Made by a program: the position numbers and the translations under genes. From assembly GCA_018985225.1 (NCBI GenBank), contig JADGIF010000664.1, positions 1-5,369 of the forward strand: DNA of 5,369 nucleotides. The letters are read 5' to 3'. The notes beneath the pieces are model-generated. The model had not been told where the DNA came from. It searched no databases and saw nothing but the letters and a program-made list of their open reading frames with translations. Source of the DNA: Amoeboradix gromovi X-113. Lineage: Eukaryota; Fungi; Sanchytriomycota. Each line of letters begins with the position of its first letter. Positions within the stretch are counted from its first letter, which is position 1. This document shows, one piece after another, positions 1-5,369 of this stretch.

Positions 1-358
1 TGCATACACTCCTTGCTACGATCTCTATCTACTTTTAATGATAATTTCACATTTGCAAGTCTCCAAAGTACTTTCTTTAAGGTGCCAAACATTGTCCACG
101 TCTGAGTAGTGAATGCTTCATAACATTCAACTATCGTCTTTCGTCCCTCTTTAAATTTGAATTTCAAGTGTTTTTTGTATGCGTAATGAGGCATTGTTGA
201 AAGACATCAGATTTCCCATTCTTGGACCAGTTTCACAATTCAGATGGGCGTACACTATGTCTACCAGTTATTTCTTTAAATCTGGCACATTCGGGCTTGT
301 GAGGCTTAGAGCTACTTGTTATTGATGAATAACGAGGATACCGCCTTCTTATCCGGTC
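1..358 (-). mobile_element. Degraded TnpB/Fanzor (Fanzor2/IS607-like) C-terminal remnant, copy A; 5'-truncated and running off the left window edge
   Basis: The minus frame is open from 206 to the edge and reads CLSTMPHYAYKKHLKFKFKEGRKTIVECYEAFTTQTWTMFGTLKK...LKVDRD. This resembles the family pattern SHYxFKxxLxxK...VxEAYTSKTCxxCG...IDRD. A shifted frame gives STLETCKCE and, after DRD, VARSV (ARNI-like). An upstream frame (358-278) reads DRIRRRYPRYSSITSSSKPHKPECARF, like the bridge-helix region. Confidence 0.8.
21..278 (+). repeat. Diverged direct repeat of 5173-5330 (the two TnpB/Fanzor copies)
   Basis: Three collinear exact blocks: atctctatcta (21-31 = 5173-5183), ttggaccag (222-230 = 5273-5281) and agttatttcttta (266-278 = 5318-5330). 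The spacing between the last two blocks is 35 vs 36 nt. Confidence 0.9.
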
Positions 359-415
359 AAAGTATCTAGAAAAGAGAAGTATTTATATAAGAAGAGACAT
401 ACTTTCAATAAATGG

Positions 416-421
416 TTTATT
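416..421 (-). terminator. Candidate polyadenylation signal (AATAAA) for the CBM18-CE4 gene
   Basis: Minus-strand AATAAA about 50 nt after the stop, in an AT-rich 3' region. Plus-strand AATAAA also occurs at 407-412 and 423-428, so specificity is low. Confidence 0.35.
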
Positions 422-471
422 CAATAAAATTCATAAACTGTCCCAAAGCTTTATGTTATAAAATTTACTAA

Positions 472-2139
472 TTACAATCCCAGACATGTACTCATATTTA
501 CAAAGGTGTATCCACTATCTAAAAACAGCGATTTAATCGCTCCTATAGCATCCACACAATAATTTGCTTCACTCCCGCATGTTATTATGTGCCCACCAAT
601 ATCGTCTGCTAGTAATTGGCTCTGTACTTTATTGTAGACTGTAAGATTAGTTGCACCCGGTTGCCAATCTTCGGCATCAATATCATACAGTATCGCATAT
701 GATTCCAATGCGTTCCAACCTGATATGCTTTTGTTGTCGTACCCATTGTAAGTTGGTCGTATGTACTCGATCTTTTTCAAAGTGCTGTTATCGTAGATCA
801 ACTGTATTTCAGCTAAAACTGTGGCATTGAAAGTTGAAAAATCATTGGAAATCGTCCAATTATCTTTGAGCCCAATCTCGAACCTGCTGCTGTTCAATAT
901 TGCTGAAACATTATTGTATAGCAGTTGGGCACTGCTAACAAAGAAAGTAGCAGGAAGATCCAGCAAATTTAAAGTATTTGTAAAATTGACAGTATTAGAT
1001 GACGGCGCATCATCAATTGTCAAAGAAACATGCTTTTTATTCAGGCATTTGCGAACAACATCTGTTTGAGGTAACTCGATTTTGTTTAACCCAAATTTTC
1101 CTTTACATTGGCTAGCGCATTTCAAATTTTCATAGCAATGGGGGTTTGAAGTTCCACAATATCCCAACTGGCTACAGCATTGTCCATCTGGACAGATTCT
1201 ATTGAAGTTCAATGGACCACAGAGCCCCTCAGCTGGTGGGCTAGAATTTGCTGTGCTTATCTGCGGAATTGGCTGCAATGCACATTCCGTTGCATTCACA
1301 AACTCAAAATTACGATAGGAGAAGTAGTTATATATTTTCCCCATCTTATTTAGAAATAATGGATTGCTGTCTGATGTGCTCATTATTATACTTTTTCGCG
1401 ACTCTGATTTGCTGATCAGATTCTCGAAGAATTCCTCAGTTTGGGTGAAGTTATACAGATATTCCTGAGCATCTACGTTTAGAAATATGGTTAGCATCTG
1501 TAGATCAGAAGCAATACTTTGAATGGTTTCATTTTTGTATGTTAAATAAGGTCTAAACAAACTTGGAAATTGGCCGGTTAGATTGTAGATTATATTCCTC
1601 CCGCTTTCAATTTTATTTATGATTTGCTGTTTAGAAAGGAAGTCAAATTCACCTATTGGATATTGCAGTCCAATGCTCATGTTGTTAGTTGCAATGTAGC
1701 TGAGTTTATAGTCTGTATCAGCATTGTTTTTGTAATTATCAGGTATAATAAAGAATGAACATGGAATATTCAGCTTTAGACAAGCATTCACATACGGTCT
1801 AGTACGGCTACCTGTAGTTATGCTCAGATGTATCTGTCTTTCTGTTTTGCACTGGGAGAAGGATGGTAAAATTGTATCCGGACTGCAGTATTCAGAACCA
1901 GTACCACAAAACCCACTAGGAGAGCAGCACTGATTAGATGGGCAGTCCAGGTTACCGAGAGACACATCACAAATACCAGATATTTTACCGCATTGACCAA
2001 AACTGGATTGACAACCGCTTAGACAAAATGGAGCACTTAATCCGCAAAATCCTCCAGATGAGCAACATTGATTATTAGTACATGTGCCGATGTTTGCACC
2101 ACAGTTGGATGCGAAAATAAATGAATTTAGAAAAAGCAT
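472..2139 (-). CDS. Probably secreted CBM18(hevein)x2 - CE4-like - CBM18 - CE4-like protein (chitin-binding, deacetylase-like, probably catalytically inactive), 555 aa
   Basis: Uninterrupted 555-aa ORF with a short hydrophobic N-terminus (MLFLNSFIFA). It has three CCSxxG[F/Y]CG hevein motifs and two NodB-type domains with recognisable scaffold motifs (LTIDDAP, ATFFV, YIRPTY, DAEDW, GYTFVNMSTCLG; and IPCSFFI, LFRPY, DAQEY, FEFVNATEC). I count 15 N-x-S/T sequons. The TAA stop falls where fungal CE4 domains normally end (..TCLGL*). Confidence 0.93.
   Translation of the reverse strand: MLFLNSFIFASNCGANIGTCTNNQCCSSGGFCGLSAPFCLSGCQSSFGQCGKISGICDVSLGNLDCPSNQCCSPSGFCGTGSEYCSPDTILPSFSQCKTERQIHLSITTGSRTRPYVNACLKLNIPCSFFIIPDNYKNNADTDYKLSYIATNNMSIGLQYPIGEFDFLSKQQIINKIESGRNIIYNLTGQFPSLFRPYLTYKNETIQSIASDLQMLTIFLNVDAQEYLYNFTQTEEFFENLISKSESRKSIIMSTSDSNPLFLNKMGKIYNYFSYRNFEFVNATECALQPIPQISTANSSPPAEGLCGPLNFNRICPDGQCCSQLGYCGTSNPHCYENLKCASQCKGKFGLNKIELPQTDVVRKCLNKKHVSLTIDDAPSSNTVNFTNTLNLLDLPATFFVSSAQLLYNNVSAILNSSRFEIGLKDNWTISNDFSTFNATVLAEIQLIYDNSTLKKIEYIRPTYNGYDNKSISGWNALESYAILYDIDAEDWQPGATNLTVYNKVQSQLLADDIGGHIITCGSEANYCVDAIGAIKSLFLDSGYTFVNMSTCLGL
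484..1047 (-). other. Degenerate CE4/NodB-like domain 2 (aa ~365-552)
   Basis: CLNKKHVSLTIDDAP (motif 1, DD kept at 1009-1014), ATFFV, EIGLKDNW (motif 2 HxxxH lost), YIRPTY (motif 3), DAEDW (motif 4), GHIITCGS (motif 5 LxH lost). Confidence 0.88.
1105..1221 (-). other. CBM18/hevein domain 3 (aa 307-345, 8 Cys)
   Basis: CGPLNFNRICPDGQCCSQLGYCGTSNPHCYENLKCASQC. Confidence 0.9.
1282..1851 (-). other. Degenerate CE4/NodB-like domain 1 (aa ~97-286)
   Basis: CKTERQIHLSITTG aligns to C....VALTFDDG. IPCSFFI, IGLQY, TGQFPSLFRPY, NVDAQEY, SIIMSTSD and NFEFVNATEC follow in the canonical CE4 order, but the catalytic residues are absent. Confidence 0.8.
1885..1971 (-). other. CBM18/hevein domain 2 (aa 57-85, 6 Cys, truncated type)
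   Basis: CDVSLGNLDCPSNQCCSPSGFCGTGSEYC. Confidence 0.9.
1990..2103 (-). other. CBM18/hevein domain 1 (aa 13-50, 8 Cys)
   Basis: CGANIGTCTNNQCCSSGGFCGLSAPFCLSGCQSSFGQC matches the hevein cysteine pattern, including the fungal-type GCQxxFGxC tail. Confidence 0.92.
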
Positions 2140-2183
2140 TTAAATGTTTCGATAAACGACGTCGTGGATGTAAAATTACTTAA

Positions 2184-2189
2184 TTTATT
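2184..2189 (-). terminator. Candidate polyadenylation signal overlapping the stop of the small ORF
   Basis: Minus strand reads TAAATAAAT, so AATAAA shares its first base with the TAA stop. Confidence 0.35.
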
Positions 2190-2455
2190 TAGACTTTAAC
2201 AGATGGCATTGAAGCTGAGTTATCGCTTTTTTCATCGCTATTTCCAGTTTTTTCAACTGAGTTGTTGTTAGGGACAGCCACTAAGTTGTTTTTTTTGATC
2301 TGCTTCATTCCGACTGCCGCTGCAATGCCACCAAATCCCAGAAAAGCCAGCTTGGTAGCAGCTAGTTTGGCAAACATAAACTCAAAGGGAGCGAGTACAC
2401 CGCCGCACGCAGGACAGGGAGCTGCAAAGCTTAATTGGAATAGCACAGGATTCAT
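2189..2455 (-). CDS. Small hypothetical protein (88 aa), possibly secreted or single-pass membrane, with a CPAC motif
   Basis: ATG in an AAAAC context and a short hydrophobic N-terminus (MNPVLFQLSFAAP). This is followed by CxxC, a Gly/Ala-rich hydrophobic helix (LAFLGFGGIAAAVGM), basic KQIKK and a polar N/S/K tail. AATAAA overlaps the stop. It lies on the same strand as the neighbouring gene. Confidence 0.6.
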   Translation of the reverse strand: MNPVLFQLSFAAPCPACGGVLAPFEFMFAKLAATKLAFLGFGGIAAAVGMKQIKKNNLVAVPNNNSVEKTGNSDEKSDNSASMPSVKV

Positions 2456-2590
2456 GTTTTCAGGGACCTAAGATAAACTCTCCTTATTGCACAATCTCAT
2501 CAAGTTATAATGAAACACGTGGCTCTGGAACCGTCGGTTCTTGAAAAATAAATTTGATAACTGGCGTTAACACCATTCCTGTGACTTACT

Positions 2591-4335
2591 TTATTTTCTT
2601 GCCCTGCAGAATTTGCACTCTAACTCTAACATTACGAGTACTATAACAAACTCCCGTTTAAGCATCCATATATTGCCATAACACATTTCATGATAATAGA
2701 TACATTTAAAGCGCTCCTCCCTAGCATTACATAACAGCTCGTTCTGGGTTTATTGCTTTTGTGTGTACTTAGTAGATGGCAGCGAAATAGAGGCACTCTC
2801 ACAACTATAAATTCATACTTGAATTATGCTGCATTTATAAATGCAGTTAATAGTGATCATAAATCTTGTCACCCAGTAATTGCCCTCGCCTTTCTCTTCT
2901 CTGATCTAAAGAAAGAGCTCCGTCATTTGGAAGCGGGTGGAAAACATTTACATGCCACATAATTGGAATTACAAGAAGTTGACAACTGCAAAAGGTTACT
3001 GCAATTCTCCTAAGTCGCTAGCAGTGAAGAACATGACTCGAGTTCTTAGTATATTTACCCAATTTATTGCCACGCTTTTCTACTCTCGAGATTAAATCAT
3101 AGCACCAACCAAATGGGCAAATATCCAACTATTCTTTTATTAGTTTTGCCAAAGCCTCACCAACATCAGGTAGCATCTTTATAGCATCATATGATGCAAT
3201 GTTTATCAGCAAGTTATCTCCTCTGGTCCAAATACAATTGGCTCACAGATGGTGCTTGTCACGAATTGTTTTAAGGACAGCTCCTTGTGATTGGTCAATT
3301 AACAGTGTAACTAAGGTATATGAGAAGTTTACCATTGGTCAGAGATGTACATAATTGGTGCAGGATCTGACTGAGGATCATAATAGCACAACTACATCAA
3401 GTGGAACTGATGGTGGTTGTTGAGGTGTAGTGGACTGGCAAAGAGGTATACGAATGCCTTTATCATAGGTAGTAGGTAGACTTGCTTAACTTTTTAAAGT
3501 AGTACATAATCTGGGAATCCTACAGATATCTTGAGCAACTGTCTACATCTCTTTTCGCAAATGCATACTATTGGCTTTCAAGTCTTTTGCCACGGTCTCC
3601 ATTTTTCAATGCCGAGATAGGCGTTAAATGACCCGAGCATTTAGGTTGGGTGAATATATTATCTAATTTACCTGGTGCCTGCTGTATATATGATGAGAAA
3701 AGACTTTTTAAAGACAGGAGTCATTGGATCACCAAAATATTCCAGAAATTAGGAGCACTATGACCTTTAAGGGATTCGGAAAGACGTCACTAAACCTCAA
3801 TTTGCCGGAATCATAGGCACTAAGCAAGGCATCAGCACCAGTGTACTGACCTAACGGGCAAGCCATTCCGGCATTCACAGCTTGTCCCATGGTGAATGAA
3901 TCTTCAGCTTTTGTACAGGGCGTTTCTGAGTTGAAGGTGAGAAAAAGGGATTTAACATCCTTAAAGTGCTCCTTGCTGCAAAATATACTCCTCAGCTCAT
4001 AGAGAAGTTTGGTTATGCCAATACCTGTGGCACCACCACAAACTCGAATTTTAAAATCTTTCTTTTCAACATTCTTTCCCTTATCAACACAGTTCTTGCA
4101 GTTTGTAAACAGTTGGTAAAAGCCACGTACTAGACTCCACAACTTGCCGATTCTATCCAATATGTCTGATGTCCTTGAAATATTCCTCAGCAATGGTTTT
4201 CTTGCTTATATGAGGCGAGAAAGCAGAGTTTTTTAAGGTAACAGTACTGTATCCACACTCATTTAGTGGTGTATATGGGTTTAGAGGAGCATTATCAGTC
4301 CCGACCACAACATCATATTCAAATGAAACATGTCG
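2591..4335 (-). pseudogene. Decayed P-loop NTPase gene, Crinkler/RHS-type (CR-NTPase with possible C-terminal PD-(D/E)xK REase); boundaries approximate
   Basis: Motifs appear in the expected order across several frames with stops and frameshifts. These are RHIG*NRQV (TAG at 4153-4155; a GRE-like pre-Walker A segment), IRVCGGATGIG[I]TKLL (Walker A at 4011-4034, Lys replaced by Ile, ATA being one base from AAA), LFLTFNSETP, LIIYTAGT, DICRIPRL/GFP (GxP-like, ~3505-3530) and GNIWML...VLVMLELECKF (ExK at 2612-2620). Walker B was not recovered. Confidence 0.6.
2829..2846. repeat. Perfect 18-bp palindrome CTGCATTTATAAATGCAG
   Basis: Self-reverse-complementary, read directly from the sequence. Confidence 0.9.
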
Positions 4336-5038
4336 TTAAGAAAAAGCCAAGCGGCTCGTGCAGAAATGCCTTTGCAATAACTGATATTCCTATCTTCAAA
4401 TACCGGTTCTTTATTCATACTTAAAGTTAGTTCCTCATTTTTCGAGGTGTTTTGTTTTTCAGTAATGTTTGATCCAATTTGCCGGGATTTCATTTTCATA
4501 TTGCAACAAGCAGTTTAAACTTCAATAAATCCGTTATTATACGAACAAATGAAATTAATAGAAGTTTTTCTAATCCGACTACTCGCAGACATGGATACTA
4601 CATTCAGATCCATCCAAAAGCGGCATTTTTAGTTGCCTACTGAGATTTTTGCTTTTACTTGAAGTTGTTTCCAAAAATGGGCCTAATGCGATTTAGAGCA
4701 ATACATTTATTTACAACATTTGCTGCATGAACACAGCTGGCTCTACTAAACTTATCCAACTTGTGCAGAGCTGTCGACAAGTAGTTTTCTTGTTATATAT
4801 TTCGACTTCCGTGAATGGAAGAGAGTCTGCACTCGATTCCTAATGTAGTAGAGGCAGTATATAATATCCTCTAGTACTTGAATATCGATTAAAACCATGA
4901 AAGACCAAGTTTCCAGGGAAGAAATGATACTAAAAGTAAAACTCTTTTCACTGTTTATGTACGATACTATATGGAGTGCCCGGTCTTGATTGAGCATGAT
5001 ACGCTTTGGTATAATCGAATTATTGCAGGAACCAGAGA

Positions 5039-5125
5039 CCTCGTCAAACAGCTTTCAAATATTTAGCAAAGCAAAAAAGTCAGTCACAGTGATTGCTAAC
5101 GCTTTCACTACTCTGAGGCGGGATT
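5039..5125 (-). ncRNA. Candidate omegaRNA/reRNA scaffold remnant (3' end of the TnpB/Fanzor element)
   Basis: It lies directly 3' of, and overlapping, the nuclease ORF end, which is where TnpB/Fanzor omegaRNAs are encoded. It has several complementary segments: AGTGA(5105-5109)/TCACT(5088-5092), TTAGCAA(5093-5099)/TTGCTAA(5063-5069), GCTTT/AAAGC and CCTC(5115-5118)/GAGG(5039-5042). The boundaries are inferred. Confidence 0.4.
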
Positions 5126-5330
5126 GAATAAGGATGCAGATACTTGATGTATATGTTACCTGCTGCCATATCATCTCTATCTATCTTCAAATGACACTTT
5201 GTACAGGTTCAGGTTTCTAAGTTGGATTTTTTCAGAGAACCACAACCTGTACATGGCATCGAATTTACGTGTTTGGACCAGATTATCAGTCTGAGACGAA
5301 TGTATGCTGTACCTGCTAGTTATTTCTTTA
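5039..5330 (-). mobile_element. Degraded TnpB/Fanzor (Fanzor2/IS607-like) remnant, copy B, with an internal deletion and a putative right end
   Basis: The minus frame from 5253 reads CTGCGSLKKSNLET*TCTKCHLKIDRDDMAAGNIYIKYL. This is a CxxC...CxxC zinc ribbon followed by DRDxxAAxNI (RuvC-III Asp at 5173-5175), with one in-frame TGA at 5209-5211 and the frame ending at TGA 5080-5082. Upstream, KEITSRYSIHSSQTDNLVQ is homologous to copy A. Confidence 0.88.
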
Positions 5331-5369
5331 GAATTGATTTACCACTTGCGAAAAGGAAGAAATCAGGTA

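Noticed and set aside
380-428. TATA-like TATATAAA (minus strand) and an AATAAA-TGG-TTTATT dyad as a promoter for copy A
   Set aside because: The region is a very AT-rich 3' flank where such motifs are uninformative, and no usable ORF follows.
821-1069. 82-aa plus-strand ORF
   Set aside because: It is an antisense shadow lying entirely within the well-supported CBM18-CE4 gene and has no motif.
2262-2471. 69-aa plus-strand ORF with a signal-peptide-like start
   Set aside because: It is antisense to the 88-aa minus ORF and its start codon is not ATG. The minus ORF has the better start, stop and poly(A) context, although this is not fully excluded.
2753-2962. 69-aa plus-strand ORF
   Set aside because: It has a TTG start, no motifs, and is antisense to the pseudogene region.
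3729-4193. 154-aa ORF as an intact gene
   Set aside because: It has a TTG start, the Walker A Lys is replaced by Ile, it stops before Walker B, and the coding signal continues in other frames. I treat it as a pseudogene fragment.
4281-4499. 72-aa minus-strand ORF
   Set aside because: It has no recognisable domain and is probably a mixed-frame piece of the decayed gene.
4759-4821. Short hairpins ACTTGT...ACAAGT (4759-4782) and CTTCC...GGAAG (4806-4821)
   Set aside because: Stems of 5-6 bp are expected by chance, and there is no tRNA-like or other recognisable fold.
4752-4997. 81-aa minus-strand ORF
   Set aside because: It has no motif or other support and is not recognisable as an IS607 serine recombinase or Y1 transposase.
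5209-5211. In-frame TGA at a probable Trp position, suggesting an alternative genetic code
   Set aside because: The intact gene uses TGG for Trp and ends at TAA in the expected place. The remnant also has a deletion, so a simple TGG-to-TGA mutation is sufficient.
5200-5253. 10-bp inverted repeat TGTACAGGTT / AACCTGTACA
   Set aside because: Six of the ten bases come from the self-palindromic TGTACA (Cys-Thr codons) at both CxxC pairs, so it is probably a coding coincidence.
1-5369. CRISPR array, tRNA, rRNA, terminal inverted repeats or target-site duplications
   Set aside because: I saw no regularly spaced repeats, cloverleaf or rRNA-like sequence, and could not identify TIR/TSD pairs around either remnant by eye.

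Overview
AT-rich, intron-free, gene-dense eukaryotic DNA. It is most consistent with a chitin-walled, early-diverging fungus or a relative, which is an inference from gene content. The one clearly intact gene (472-2139, minus strand) encodes a probably secreted protein with three hevein/CBM18 chitin-binding modules and two CE4/NodB polysaccharide-deacetylase-like domains, both lacking the metal-binding and catalytic histidines. Upstream lie a small Cys/hydrophobic ORF (2189-2455) and a long decayed P-loop NTPase pseudogene resembling Crinkler-type NTPase+REase genes (~2591-4335). The main signal missed by the ORF track is two homologous, degraded TnpB/Fanzor (Fanzor2/IS607-like) C-terminal remnants, both on the minus strand, one at each end of the window (1-358 and ~5039-5330). 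The right-hand copy keeps both CxxC pairs and the DRD..AxNI motif and runs into a structured, omegaRNA-like 3' segment. All translations and alignments were done by eye; no database searches were run.
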